From Camelus ferus (lineage: Eukaryota), in NCBI RefSeq assembly GCF_009834535.1, contig NC_045696.1, positions 39,742,001-39,806,000 on the forward strand: a stretch of 64,000 nt of DNA, in the 5' to 3' direction. This document shows positions 50,400-64,000 of this stretch, one piece after another. Under the pieces are notes generated by a model. The model ran no database searches and was not told the origin of the DNA. It saw only the letters and a list, made by a program, of their open reading frames with translations. The number at the start of each line of letters is the position of its first letter. The first letter of the stretch is position 1. The position numbers and the translations under genes are program-made.

Positions 50400-51230
50400 A
50401 TTGGGCATTTTCACTCACTGTTTTTTTAGTCCTATTTTTGAAGTACAGAAGCAGTTGGCTTTCCAATCTGGAATGACCTGAATTTCTGGTCTTTCCCTAC
50501 AATTCCATTGCAGCCTACTTTCAAATAGCCAGTTCTTCCTGAGTTCATTTCTTTTTGGTGATGTCTTGCTAAATGTAGCAAAAAGCCACCAATACATAGT
50601 ACTAAAGCTCTATTTTCCATCATTTTAATCTACTGAATACCATGTGAGCCAACTTTCAAGTCACTACATGCGATAGTTACACCAAATACTTTATCACTGC
50701 AAAACCCATATCATTATCTTTCAGCCTCTGATATTAGTTTCCTTGCTGCTCATTACCCACTAAGGAAATTCACATATTTTAGGTTTTGTTATCCCAACAC
50801 CCCACATTCAGGGATTAGTTTCCTTACGGGGATAAATAATGCTAGCTGCCACAATAAATACGCTGAAATCTCAGTGCTTACAACCAAGGGTTCATCGTAC
50901 TTGCATTACACGTCCAGAAAGAGCTGGTAGATGGGGAGGAGGGAGTTTTCCTCTACACAGTCACTTGGGAAACTAGGCTAATGGAGGCTCCATTGTCTTG
51001 TAGCTACACCACCAGGAATACTTGGCTTTCAAGGTTTAGCTGGCACAGGAAAAGAAAGACGGAGTGGCACACCACTTCTTAACTCCTCAGGCCCAGAAGT
51101 TATAAATATCACTTCTACTCAGTGGCCCATTGCCTCGACTCATCACTGAACTCCGGACTAACTGAAGAGAGACTGAGAAATGGAAGGATGCGAGTGCATA
51201 GATGGCAAGCCCTAACTGCCTCTTTCCCCA
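50400..51230 (-). mobile_element. Truncated MaLR unit: MLT1K-like LTR (~50815-51230) plus adjoining MLT1 internal 5' sequence (~50400-50815)
   Basis: The reverse complement reads ...ggaaactaat then gtggggtgttgggataacaaaacctaaaatatgtg, the start of MLT1-int. LTR hallmark aaatctcagtgcttacaac appears on the plus strand. Confidence 0.65.
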
Positions 51231-51299
51231 GAAGCTACTGTAGGAGTCTGCACATGTGAGAAGACTACGAGGCATTGGACAATAAGGTCCTGGCAGGAA

Positions 51300-51705
51300 G
51301 GTATCTGGTAATCACTAATTCTGTTCAACAAATATCTCCAGTTCCTCTTCCCAGCACATTAGTACTTCCCTATTTCCCTGGAGTTAGAGTAGTCATATGC
51401 TTTGGTCATTTGTTGCTCTGGGCAATGAAATGTGAAGAGAAGGATCTGTGTTTCTTCCAGGTGGACTTTTTAAGAGTACTGTGTAATATGTTGTGTCCTT
51501 TCTTCTCATCTGCCGGGATGACCAGCAGTGTTCCAGACAGAGGCTGCTTCACCAGCCTGGGTCCCAGAGTGAGGATGACTGGAAGAGAGACCCAGCCAAA
51601 GCACAACAGACATGGAGTGAGAGCGCAGAATAAATCCAAGTTTTGAGTGGGAAGTGGGTGTTTGTTTACCGCTGAAATACATTTCATTCCATTTTGACTG
51701 ATATC
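51300..51705 (+). mobile_element. MaLR LTR (MLT1H/I-like)
   Basis: gcaatgaaatgtgaagag...gaggctgcttcaccagcctgggtcccagagtgagga...tgtttgtttaccgc...ttgactgata. Confidence 0.7.
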
Positions 51706-53149
51706 ACGCTGTCTCATCTTCATTTCTTTAATGCTAGGGATTCAACAAATGCCTGTTGAAGGAATTTTTAAGTGACTTCCGCTTGTGTTACTGCTGTTCC
51801 TCCTGGTACTTCTCTATCTCTTATTTGCAATGATATCCCCAAGCAGTAGAACTAACTTTTCTAATAGTTACCTGAATAGTATTCAAGCCAGCAGCCATTA
51901 ATGGGCTGGAGCTATGGAAAAGAATATGAAGAGAGATCACTAGTGGCTCCTAGCCTTGCTTTCAAAGCAAAACTTTTTTGTAGGTAAATTTTAGTAGAAT
52001 GTCCTTCAAATACAAACTTATACACTCCTTCCCTTTCTTTCTCATTCTCTCTCCCTCCCTCCTTGCCTCAATTTTGTTGGAAGAAGACTCTTTCCTTGTT
52101 ATGATAACAGTAAAATGATTCTTAAAGTAATCTTAGAAAATAAGTGAAATGGCTTGATTGTACTTCTGGGTTTAATTATAAGTAGACTTAGATAATGGAA
52201 AAGTTACTAGAATTGGATTCAGAAAATTTGGATTTGAATCCTGTCTCTGCTACTTACTAGCTGTGGAGATTTTAGTTTCTTCACCTGTTAAATGGGGCAA
52301 ATGTGTGCTGGGTGTTTCACAGGGTTGACATGAAAATAAAAATATTATAATAAAGATATATAATGGTGGTCAAGGCTCTTTTATGATCACAATAAAGGCC
52401 AAAGGTACTATTATCATAAACACTTTTTCCCCTCTTTTACTTATTTGCATTAAATGCTTTTAAATTTGAGGAAACCTGAGAGAGAGACTTACTTGATTGC
52501 AAACTGTTCTGGTTCTCTACACCTGTCTGTGCTACAAAGAATGTTTGGCACAATCAGCCAGGAGACCCTGGTAAGGCTTCATGTCTGAGAACAGCCCTTT
52601 ATCTGCCAATTTAGTTTAAAAAAAACTATTGGTTGCAATTTAAATATAGGATTTACTTAATTCAGATTGTTATACCTGGAGAGGTTTTGGCTTTCGAAAT
52701 TTACATAGCAATAAAAAAATGGAAATTAGATGGAAATAATTGAATCTACACAGTTATGAGAACTCAAGGCAGTTTACCAAACAGGTAACTGAAGCAAAAT
52801 TGTGTCTCCAAACAATTTGGATAGTTACTTACAATTCTTCTCACTAGGGAACTGGTAAAATTTGCAGGCAGTTGTGTTTAAAGGAAACGTGGCTAATAGT
52901 TTCTTTCTGTTGCTTTCTAGATTCTCTCCTCTTTCAGCTGTTCTTTGTAGTGTTGAGTCATCTAATGATTTTTGTGTCCCTTGCTGTTGGTGTCCCACCT
53001 AACTATACTGGAATAGTTGTTCTACTTGCAATTTCAAAGAATTTTCAGTCTCTCTTTTTGAAATTTTTATTAAAGATTTTAAACAGAGTTTTTATTGATA
53101 GTTATTTCTACAGAGCTAAATATTGCTGGTCTTAATTTCCTATATTTAA

Positions 53150-53610
53150 CGTAGGCAGGACAGATCTCTTCCATTGACCCCCATCAGACAGACCCTAAAC
53201 TTCCGGTACCTTGTTTTCTGCCCAGGCAGGGCGACTCATATGGACCACATCAGTGGGTTCCCATGCTGGCTGATTTCTGGTTGAGTTTTGCCAATGGAAA
53301 GCCCTGGCTGTAGACTGGAGGGAGACACAGGGAGGTGAGGCTCTGGCATCATCCCTGCAAGGTCTCCTCCAGGAAGCTGCGTCTCTCCAGCAGTCACTGA
53401 TTCCCTCAAGGCAGCAGGCAGACTCTTCCTCTGGGTTCCTGTACTACTCCCTCCCCTCTCAATAGCTTAGGTATTAGGCTAATACTATGTCTTGGATGTA
53501 TGGTTACCCTAATCCACATCATTGCAAACGTCTCTTTGTAAATAAACCTTCATTAAGTTACCTATTTTGACATACCATCTGTTTCCTCTTGGGACACCAA
53601 GTAATTCAGT
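53150..53610 (+). mobile_element. LTR33-like ERVL solo LTR
   Basis: tttctggttgagttttgccaatgg...ctttgtaaataaaccttcattaag...gccatctgtttcc-like 3' end. Confidence 0.75.
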
Positions 53611-53809
53611 GGGTGTCTCTATTTGAATCGACTCCCTATATTCCTGCTTTCTCTTTTTATGTTGGTGGTGTTGGCACTTTACCTGTGTCTGATGTCTGCT
53701 GTGTGTGACCTTTCTGTGTATTTCTGTTAGTACTGTGCGTCTCTGAACTGTCTTTATATTCTCTGCCAAATGAGGGCTGTAGTTTTCAGAGCTCTTGTAT
53801 ATTTTCTTT

Positions 53810-55700
53810 TCTTTTCTTTTCTTTTGAAACAATTAAAAACCTACCCTAAAGTAGCAGGAATAGTTTGAAGAGCTTTTTCATTCTGAAGCATTTGAGCAAC
53901 TGGTTGATAAGATGCCTTATAGTCTCCAAATACTTCAGTGTGTATTTTCTACAAATAAGCACAATCTTCTGCATAACTACAGTAGCGCCATCAGAGTCAG
54001 GAAATTAACATTGATACGTTGCTACCACCTAAATCACAGGTATCATTGAAATTTTGCTACTTGCCCCCAAAATGTAAAGAATTTAATCCAGACTCATGTT
54101 GTACTTAGCTATTTTATCTCTGTAGTCCCCTTTTGACAGGGAACAGTTTCTCAGTCTTTTTTTTTTAAATTCACTTTCATGACTTTGACAATTTTTCAAG
54201 TTAACTTGTAAAATATCTGTAAGTTTAAGTTTATCTAATGTTTCCTTAGGATTAGATTCAAGTTGTGCTTCTTCTAGGGCTGGAATCCACAGTAAAGATT
54301 TTGTGTTCTTTTTATTGCATCCAACTATATGCTACATGTTTTCAATTTATCCTCTTACTGGTGATGTTAATTTTAATAATTTATTTGGGTTGTGTCTGCC
54401 AAATTTCTCTGCTTAAGAGTCATTCTTTTCTTCACTGCAATTAATAAGCATTTTGTGGATAGCTGAAACTATGGAAACATTTCATTTGTCATCAAACCTG
54501 CACTCACTAATTTTAGCATCTATCAGTATCTTTTGGATGAATTAATTATTACTATGATGGTTGCCAAATGGTTATTTTCTATTTAGACCATTTCTCCTGC
54601 ATTTAGTGGCTGGCACTCAACTGTAAAGAATTTATCCTTGTAACTTTTTACTTATTTACTTTTATCAGCATGAACTTATGAATTCCTTAGAGACGCTAGT
54701 TGGAGCCCTTCCAAGATGGCTTCTATAATTATTTGACCATTTCCTTACTAATAATATATCCAAAGTCATCTTTAATTTTTCCTTGCTTTAGCCCTGAAGT
54801 CAGCCATTTCTCCGTGGAGCCCTGGTTTCTTATAGTGGAGAACTGTATTTAAAAATTGAGATCTGGGCATTTGGTATGCTCACTGGTTTCGAGAGTCACT
54901 GAACCCAGACCTTGTCCACGTAAACATGAGCTCTCTATACATATATAACAAGGGTACCCGTTAGCTACTGCAACATAACAAACTTAGTTTCCTAAAACAG
55001 CAGACGCTTATTACTTCACAGTTTAGTCCCGAATTCAGAGCTGGTTTAGCTGGGTGACTTTGGCTCAGAGCCCCTCAGGATGTTGCAGTCAAGACTGCAG
55101 TCTTCTTAAGGCCTGACAGGGGCTGGAGACTACACCTTCAAGGTGGCTTACTCACATGTCTGGCAAGAGGGACTAGTTGCTGGCAAGAAGTCTCATTTCC
55201 TTATGTTGCTGATTTTTCCACAGGGCTGCCTGAGGCCATCACAACATGGTGGCTGGCTTCCCCCAGAGTCAGAAAGCCAGAATAGCTTTCATGATCTAGC
55301 CTCAAAAGTCTCACTCTTTCATTTCTAGAACATTCTATTGTTTACACTGGTCAACGATCATCAGTATAGAAAGGGACTTCATAAAGGTATGAATACCTGG
55401 ATTCAAGAAAATTGGAGGTTAGAGGCTGGCAACCACAACAAATGTATGTATGTATGTATCTATTGGAAACTATGTGTTTATACCAACACCTCCAAGTTCA
55501 ATCCAACACCACAAGATCCATCCTAGCTTGTCCTTTCCATGATAGTGAGAATGCTGACCCCCATTGTTCCCATAGAGTTTCAATATATTTATTTATTTGA
55601 TCAACCCCTGTATATGAAATCAACCTCCTGGCCCTGGGCCTACAGCTAGGACACTACATATAGATGTCCTTACTGAGCCTTTAGTCTCTTACTTTTTGCC
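53810..55700 (-). mobile_element. Old L1 3' end (L1MC-like, antisense), interrupted by an MLT1F-like LTR
   Basis: caggaaattaacattgatac...ttcatgactttgaca...gattagattcaagt...; similarity resumes after 55440. Confidence 0.7.
54955..55437 (-). mobile_element. MaLR LTR (MLT1F-like)
   Basis: ttagctactgcaacataacaaac...ggggctggag...caaggtggcttactcacatgtctggcaag...acatggtggctggcttccccagag. Confidence 0.8.
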
Positions 55701-58129
55701 AGGCCACTCCTGCCCCTCCTCCCCACACGAACTACTGACTGATAAGACCCCACCTAATGGTTTTTGAACTGAGATATTCAGAAAGTCATTCCTTCCTATT
55801 CAGGAAGGACAATAAGTGTGACTCTATTTTTCATTGTGAATTGTAATGTGACAATGGAAAGAATTGATAATATTTAGATTTGGACTAAAGAAATAAATCT
55901 CTGGACTTAGTCTAACCTAAGAAAGGCTCCCACATCTGTGGAGAGGTCCAAGAACTATGTCACATTTCCTGTGTATGTGGGTCAGGCTCTCCATCCCTCT
56001 GTGAACAGTTGCTTGTTTAATCTGTCAAGGACACCTTTATGTGGGCCACATTTATAGTCTTTTATCTTGTCCTTTTCCCTCCTTTCCCTTTCCTTCCTTT
56101 TCTTCTCTTCTCTTCCTTTTCCTGCACTTCTCTTCTTTCTGCACTTCCCACAGCCTCCATCTTTGCCCATTATTTCCCCCTCTAAACTACCTTTGCTTTG
56201 AGTTTGTCACTGACATCTCACTGGCACACCCAAGCACAGTGTTTTTCCCATAGCAGCCCTAAGGGTATTAATTGTGTTGATGCAAAAAAGCAAACCTCCA
56301 CTGATACTTCTTTTTAAAAAATGAATATTAGAATGACTTTTCACGTTTTAGCCCTTTGCTTCGTGTAAGAAAGCTTACTTTGAGAACATGGCAACAGAAT
56401 TTGCAAAGTCACCATTATTCCCATGCTTCTGCTGAAGAGCTTCCTAGTGACCTGAGGACTTCAGCTTCTGAGTAAGAAATACGAAGCAGCCAGGCAGGAT
56501 TTCCAGCACACAATGAATGGTTCTTCCAAAAATCTGCCTCCTCTAAATTCTATGCTGAAGAATCACATAAAACATCATTCCTACTCTGGTCTTTTCATTT
56601 CCCCAGAAAGTTAGAGTGATTTCCTAGATGAGACGTTTCCTGAGGGCTATGAAGCAGAGGTTCCAACTCATGGAAGGGATAAAATTGAGGCCAAGCAAGG
56701 TGTTAAGCTATTATGCTCTTTAACAAAAAGAGGGCTAGTGGACCCTTTTTCCCCTCAAGTTCTGGAATTGGAAGTTAGGCTTGGCTAAATCACCCACAGA
56801 ATTGCATGAGGTTTGGGGAATTTGGATATGAGTTTTTTTTTCTCTATTCATAGAAACCTATCAACACACTTGTTATGCCCTGCCTGTGGGAAGATGCCTG
56901 GTAGGGGAGATAACACACACGTCAGGGCCAGGGGACTGACACCTCTAAGCCTGACAAATTCTTTCACCTCACTTGAGAATAAGATGTGGAGGAGGTCAAA
57001 GGAAGGACCTAAGAAGTGTGCACGCGTGAATGCAGGCTCATGAGGGAGGCTCAGTAAGGGGCTGGGGACACGTGAGCAGATTAATATTTAGTACATTTCA
57101 TGGGCTCCGAGGTTATCATTGCACAAAGCTAACAGGTCATATCGGTTTCGTGCTGTGAAGAATTCACCATGCCTGTAAGATGGCCTACAAGTTTTGAAAT
57201 AAGGTCAGTGCCAAATTTTATCTAAAGTAACTCTTTAGAAATATCATTCCAGTGACTTAGGAAAAGGATGAAGTAAACAACTGTAGAAGATAAACATTGT
57301 AAAATGTGACGATTGACACTTCAAAGGAGCACAGAAAAATTCCTAGATAAGACAGTATGACAACATTAACCACATTATAGGATACGGGGAGTTTCCAAAT
57401 ACTACTTTTATCTCGTGCTTCTGTTTATACTAAGAGCTCACAAAATGAAACCAAAACTGGCTTTTGATCACTATTCCTTTTGATTTTAAAATGATAACAA
57501 AACAGCACCATTTCTCTTATATAAATTTTGACATTAAAGTCTCTTTGCCTATTCATTCTAACTCCGTTTTTTTCTGGATGTATTTAATGTGTTCATTTGA
57601 GTAGAAAGAGAGCATTAAAGTAAAGGAAATGTGTGAGGAATGAACTATGATCTCACTCTGGGGTGGGAAGGTTGGAGAGGAATATAAATCTCAGTGATTC
57701 TTTTCTAGGAGTCATCATGGAGAAAATAAAAAACTTACTGTACTTTCAGCAGGTCAGCTGGACATTTCATACTTCCCTTGAGTTTATCTTTCATTTGTCT
57801 TTATAAGAGAACTAAAAGGAACAAAGTCACTGGAGTTTCCAAAGAAGATTTGCAAATGGTTAACAAAACTAAAAAGTGAAAACAAATTTTAAAGACTTCC
57901 TGTTTATGAAAGTCACCTTTCTTCTCAGCAGGGGGAGAACTCCAGAGGAACAAAATCAGCAGAGTTGGCATTAAGAGTTGGTCATTATTTCTCAAAATAT
58001 GTAAACAAATTTTTTATTTCCCAGTGCAGCTTTTGTGGCACAAAAATATTACTGGTCATTATGGTGGAGATTTATTGTCTTGTCTCTCTAGCACTGGTTA
58101 CCCCTTCTCCCCAAACAGCACCTTCATTT

Positions 58130-58480
58130 TCCTTAAGACGTAAGCCTTCTCCCACTCTCCATTCATACTGGTGAGCCAATCAGCACATTCTAGCCCTTGG
58201 CCACAGTGCACAGTGATTGGTTCCAGGATCATCATGTGACCCAATTCAGGCCAACAAGAGTCAGTTCTGGACTTGGTTAAACATATTAGGAATAAGAATC
58301 CTTTTCCACTGGGATTTTTAGCTTTAGGATGATGAGGGGGACTGGTGGGTACTGGGAACAACTACACAGACAGAACCAACTTGAGAGCAGAAATAACAGA
58401 GAAGAACGTGCTGCTAAGACAAGGACAAGGACCAAGTGCTGATGACCAGATTTGAGTTCCCTTACAGATGTGTTTTTAAA
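58130..58480 (+). mobile_element. Old MaLR LTR (MLT1K/L-like)
   Basis: gccaatcagcacattc...ggccacagtg...gtgattggttccaggatcatcatgtgacccaattcaggccaa. Confidence 0.6.
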
Positions 58481-58639
58481 AAATGAAGCTGGCCTCTTAG
58501 ATCAAATTTCTGGTTAAAAAATTAGCAGAGGGCAAATATGGGATATATAGAAAGTCAGTATTGATTGTTAAGCAGTAAGTAGCCAATTCATACTGAAGTT
58601 CAAATATTTTTTTGCCTTAACCTATTCAGGCTTTTAAAA

Positions 58640-58900
58640 ATTTATTTCACCAAAACATTTTCCTGCTTATTATGTGCCAGCCCATGTCTTAACCAGTTTA
58701 CCAATAAGAACTCACTTAATTCTCCTAATAAATCCATGGTGCAGGAATTAGGGACATCCTCATTTTACCATCAGTGAAGAAAAGGCACAGAGAGGTGATG
58801 TAACTTGCCTAAACTCACACAGATAGCAAGGAGCAGACCAGACCTGGGAACTGGACACCTTTAGCCTGACTTCGGATCAACACTAACCATTATGTAACAC
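58640..58900 (-). mobile_element. MIR SINE
   Basis: cacagagaggtgatgtaacttgcctaaactcacacag. Confidence 0.7.
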
Positions 58901-59029
58901 CACCTTTGCAGAACAGAGCTCCACCTTATCCAAGCTCATAAACAAACAGAAAGAATGTATTATTTTACATTTTATGAAAACAATTGAGGCAGATGGATAT
59001 TGTCGTACAGCTTGTTAGTAACAAAAGTG

Positions 59030-59270
59030 AGACTGAAAGGCAATATGGTATTGTGATTAAAAGTGTAGGCTTTGCATTCAAACAGCCTGGGTTTGAATTC
59101 CAGCTATACTAATTACCAGCTGTGTGGGTGTAACACCTCTGCATGTCTTTATTTCCTCATTTATAAAATGGAGCCAGTATCTACCTCTCCAGGCTGTTGT
59201 AAGGGTTAAGAGTGACAGTGTCTGTATAGCATTTAGTGGCATACACTAATTTAACTATTGTTATTAATAA
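59030..59270 (+). mobile_element. MIR SINE
   Basis: cagcctgggtttgaattccagct...tttcctcatttataaaatggag...gttgtaagggttaa. Confidence 0.8.
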
Positions 59271-62176
59271 ATCTCATCTTTTTTGTTAGACCATTCTAAC
59301 ACATAACAATTTTTTTCTCTTTCATTTATATTCTTCAGTACATATAGCTATTCTGCTCTCATTGAGCCAGTGCTTTTATGATTTTTCTCGTAAGTTCATT
59401 CTTTTAAGTCTAGGTTTTTAATCATCTCTGATCTTGTCCTATTTCTTCCAGTTCTAATGGGCTTTTCTTTTGGAACGATGAGAGAAAGGGTGGGATACAG
59501 AAAAAGTCAAGTCCCCGACCCCACCTTTTGGCCTCTGTTTTTAGAGAATCAACAAGGTACTCAGTCATTTCCTGTTCCTGTATAAGTTCAGAGATATTGG
59601 TGTTATGTGTTTGTTCAGCCCTTCAAATCATTTTCTTTGGAGAGGGACTATCAACTATTTATTAGGGAGTTGCCTCTGACCCCGATGATTCCACGCAGGA
59701 AGCCAGTGTGCATGTTAGCTTAGTTTTCAAGGGTGAAGACAAAAGATCAATCAGTAGGTGAATTTTAAAATTTTGCTACTGTGTCTGAACAACAGTGTGA
59801 AAGTATTTAAGAATATGTGGTATAGTACTATTGGAAAACCTGTAAGAGCATCATCGATTGTGGTCGTTTAGTTGCAGAGCTTTGTGTGTCATGGGCAGCC
59901 ACAATTAAGTGCTTCAGAACGTTCCCTCAACCCAGTCCAGTGACAGACATTTCACACTCACAGAAAAAGGGCAAAAGCAGCTTTTTCTTCCTCTACATGT
60001 GAGAAAAAGCTATGCTCTCCTACAGAAGGAAGCGTTATGGCAATTAAGAGCAATCAAATGCTTATGGCACTACCTCTGTCTTTCTCCTCATGACTTTCTA
60101 TACTAATCAGCCATGGAGAGAAATTTAAATCTAGTTATCATATTCTACCATAATTGCCTAGGAACACAATACATAGCTTTCTTCCTCTGGACTTCCCATC
60201 ATGGTAATGGGAAAGGCTGACCTGACTAAAATTATCCAGTTGTAATATTTTGTGATCCAGTTAGATTTTGAAGCTGAAGGTAAGAAGAAAATTGCTCCAA
60301 CATCCTTCTATGCTCAAATGTTAAACTTAGTCCCCTATTTTCTCATGTGGTGAAGAAATGTTAGAAGAAAATATTTTCTCTTGAGTGTTTCGTCTCACTG
60401 TTAACAAGAAATGTTATGACATGAACATCATCCTTTCCTCTGAGGGACTCTCTCCTAGGTCATCGCTGGCAGCAGGATGTGGCGTTAGATGGACAAACAT
60501 GACCCTGTGACCCTTCTGCTAACGTGGACCTTTGGGAAGGATGAAGCAGATTTTCCAAACAACTGGTTTAAGAGCACTGAGGTAGATAAAATGGAGACAC
60601 TGTTCTGCCTCAACTTTGGCACCAACTTGTCTTTGAAACCTTGAGTCATCTTCCTCTCAGCAAGTGAAAATGCTCTTAAAACAACTCATTACTCAATGAC
60701 TCAGAAAGAATTTTGAACAACTGATGAAAATGCTGTCCATTATTTTGTGAAGGTAACAATTTATTTTCCCCAAGTTCTAGGGGACTTTTCTAGTTATTAT
60801 TTGTAGGCAATGAGCTGGCAGAGGTTGTTTTGTTCATTGGGATGCTGTCTTAGGGGTGAGTTTCTAGTGATCAAGACTAAGACAATTGGGTCTACAGTTT
60901 CCTTGATGAATTGAGCCATTGGTGAGTTAGAAAAGGGGGACTACCCACATTCTGAGTTGCTTTAGCCCATTAGATTGTTTGACTCTACTGGAAATAAGAT
61001 GAAGCAAGAGTTTAAGATTAAAACCTTCAATATGAGGAACTGTGTTGACTGATCTGTTATTTAAGCTGGAAAGAAATGTAAAGGGTAGAGACAGTTCAAC
61101 TCATTCAAACAGAAATCACACACGCATGTACACATACACACATGCACACAACAACTCTATAAAGGAAAATGAAAAGTTTTGAGGTGACTTCATTGTTCTG
61201 TTTGGGTAAACAAAATTTACTTTTCTCTATCTCTTTTTTTGCATTTGACAGATTATTTCACGGAACTCACATAATTTGGATAGTCATGTTTTATAGGTAA
61301 ATGGAGTGAGTGTGATAAGATGTAAATCTTTTTGTTTTTATAAGAACAAGTGATTTTCTTATCCATATAGTGTATAATTGATAAGCAAAAGACATCTGGC
61401 AGTACCCATTACACTCCCCAAGGGGACAGTCTAGGCAAAAACAGCCCTCAGGAGATTCTACCCAGACTGATGTGGTGTTCTCGCAAGTCACAATGTCAGA
61501 GTGACGCTGAAGCCAGGGAGATATGACATTTAGAGATGCAAAAAGCTAAGCAAACTAACATTGTCAAAAATTTGCAGTAGGATGCTTTAGGGCAGAAATT
61601 AAGGTCTCTGAGTGAATTTCCAGGAGGAAGAAAGGGAAGGCCCTGCCCTGCGTCCTAGAAGAGCTACAGTACTAGAAAGGTAACCAACAGGGATCAGAAC
61701 AGGGACTGAGTCACCGAACTGGTGGTGACTGGGTTTCCCCAACAAGGCAGAGGCTCAGTCCAATTAGTCAGTCAGTAAGCAAACAGTTATTGAATGACTA
61801 CCGTGTGCCATCAGTATAGTAGGTTCTGAGGGTTCAAAGGAAAAGAAGACACAGTTGCTGTCCTCTAACTCCTCACAATTAGAGACTGGAATGCAAGTTT
61901 ATGACCTAACTAGGAGCAAGTATCACAGGACGATGAATGCTAAAATAGAGAACTGGCATTTTTATGTATTTTCTGCCAAATATCAGACCGATCTCTTAGA
62001 TTAGGGTAAGGGATGCAGTCTTCAGGTGGAGATCAAGTAACTCTCTCGGCTCAGAAAGGTTATGTAAACAAACCAGGTCAAACCATTAATATTTTTTCCT
62101 ATTGGGATTCAAGCCCAGATCTTCGTGACTCTAAAATGCAACCCCTAATGAGAAGAATAAACATTGAAAAGAACCT

Positions 62177-62198
62177 AAATAAATAAATAAATAAATAA
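62177..62198 (+). repeat. (AAAT)5 microsatellite
   Basis: Read directly from the sequence. Confidence 0.9.
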
Positions 62199-62949
62199 GG
62201 TAAAATGCAATCTCTTTCTACAATTCCTAGAGGCAAACTTCAAGTTAAAACTTGGAGGTACTACTTGCCAGAATGAGTCAAATTTTGCTAGTTTTAAACT
62301 CTCCTGTTTTAAATGAGAAGATACTTTTGTCTCCTGGGTTTAGCACATACTTAGTGCTTGATAAATACAGAATGAGTGAAGAAACGGGTCATAGCTGCAC
62401 TAGGAACGAGCTCTGTGTGTATGAACAGAAAGACCATGGAGGGCTCTTTTGAGTGTGTGCAGGGCTCCAGAGCTGACAGCTCATGACTCCTCTGTGGGAG
62501 AGAGAGGGAGGTGGTTTCCTCCAGGAAGAGGGTCGGGTAATAAAGCCACAGAGGTTTGATGATACATTTGCTAGGCATGACTTATGGGTCATTTAGGAAG
62601 TTATTTTGTGGCTCTGCTAATAAGGTTTCCCAGTGCGTCATTGCTGCCCACCGTCATCACTTCCAGTGGAGTTGATGGCTTCCTGGTCTGCAGCGGGGGC
62701 AATTATGTCCTCACTGCCAACCCCGATTCCGCATCACTTGATTCCAGTAATAGGCAGAGGAAATTTGAACTACCTGGAAATCCATTTTTGCAAGGCGTGG
62801 GATATCACTAATCTTTTGGTGCTGAAATGTTGGGGTGTGTAAGATTATCTGAGCATTCTCAGGAATAACTGTCACTACTCGGCAGAATTAACAGATGCAT
62901 GAAAGCTAAAGTCTTCTCGTTGCATGGGAGTCATATATTTTCTTTTTTC

Positions 62950-63330
62950 TTTTATAAATAATTTGTTATTTTCTAATTATAAGATAACATGGGGGTATTA
63001 GCAAATACTGTATTTTAAAGAAAAGTTGAAAGAAGAAAAAAAATCATGTACAATTCCCCCACAATAAATAAGACAACTATTGCTAACATTTTATTGAATT
63101 TCTTTCTAGCCTTAGCATTTTAATCTTGGCAGCTGAGATCATACTAAACATATAATTTGTACCCCTTTTCTTGCCTCTTCACTTAATGTTATTTGAACAC
63201 TTCCCCAAGTTATTAAAAATGTAAAATCCTTCTAAAAGATTCTTAACTTAATATTTTAATTATTTTCAATGTTATCTTAAAGCCTCCAAATACATATATA
63301 CATAACATATATACATAATTATGTAATTTT
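62950..63330 (-). mobile_element. Old L1 (L1ME-like) 3' remnant
   Basis: aactattgctaacatttt...gagatcatactaaacatataattt...ttcacttaatgttattt. Confidence 0.5.
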
Positions 63331-64000
63331 TTCCCTATAAATCAGCCATAATTGTCTGAGGTCGCATATCTGGTTAGTCACAGAACTAGGACTAGAAACA
63401 ATTTTCTCTGATTCATTTAAGAGTATAATCTAAGTAAGTTTTTTCCCTTCCACATTTTCAGATAAAGGCTAATATTAAAAGTAGAATTGGGATTTTCATT
63501 AAAACTAAACTTCTTCCTCTTAAAAGAGTTTCATATCTTGCATATTTAGTCTTTTTTTTTTTTTTTTTTAATGCTTCCCAGAAGATTATTTAGTTTTGAA
63601 GGAGTTCAAAGAATGCAGGGAAAGAACAATGCCAGTAGTGCACTCTAATGGGATTTATTTTGCCGATTAAAGAATACATCACGTTAGTGTCTGTACCAGA
63701 TGGAACATAAGCAGATTTTTAGTGACAAATGATATAATATTGTGGCATCTACTATAGGTTGGTGGGAGTGGGTTATGTTGTGGGTTTAATTATAACAATT
63801 TGATCTATAGTTTGAGTTTGAACACTGAGATTCCTCCCCTCCCTACCAAACTTTCCTTGACATTTTTTATAGATGAAGAAATAGGAATGTGGGAGTATAA
63901 TCATTTGTCTGAGGTCACAGAGGGAGATGGTTGCACAGCTGGAATGTAAGCCTTGTACTTGACTGAAACCTTGGTTTTGTCCATGGGCCCAGATAGACAC

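Noticed and set aside
1-64000. Other genes, rRNA, CRISPR arrays or prokaryote-type systems
   Set aside because: None seen. The window is mammalian intronic and intergenic DNA, and the remaining short ORFs lie in TE remnants or have random composition.

Overview
Mammalian genomic DNA, very likely from a camelid (camel/alpaca/llama), based on a tRNA-Ala-derived vic-1-type SINE and no recognised Alu, Bov-A or PRE1 elements. The only protein-coding sequence I can support is coding exon 1 of DCBLD2 (ESDN/CLCP1) on the minus strand (11531-11315). It lies in a CpG-island promoter (~11150-12330). Positions 1-11314 are the proximal part of intron 1; I did not find exon 2 in the window. The ~52 kb upstream appears gene-free and is rich in repeats: MIR, L2, L3, old L1, MLT1/LTR33 LTRs, MER5/MER20/MER96B/MADE2, a solo ERV LTR and a 220-N assembly gap. 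The most notable unexplained structures are five: (1) an out-of-frame uORF that overlaps the DCBLD2 start codon, after which the next AUG is Met51, the start of a conventional short signal peptide; (2) a ~175-bp, ~94%-identical inverted repeat flanking ~1.4 kb of apparently unique, enhancer-like sequence (38301-40051); (3) four CCAAT boxes spaced at exact multiples of 41 bp; (4) two poly(A)-tailed, retrocopy-like fragments of unknown origin, one carrying a pre-miRNA-sized hairpin; (5) a CpG-retaining solo LTR oriented towards DCBLD2. Repeat subfamily names come from recalled consensus similarity, not from a database search, and their boundaries are approximate.
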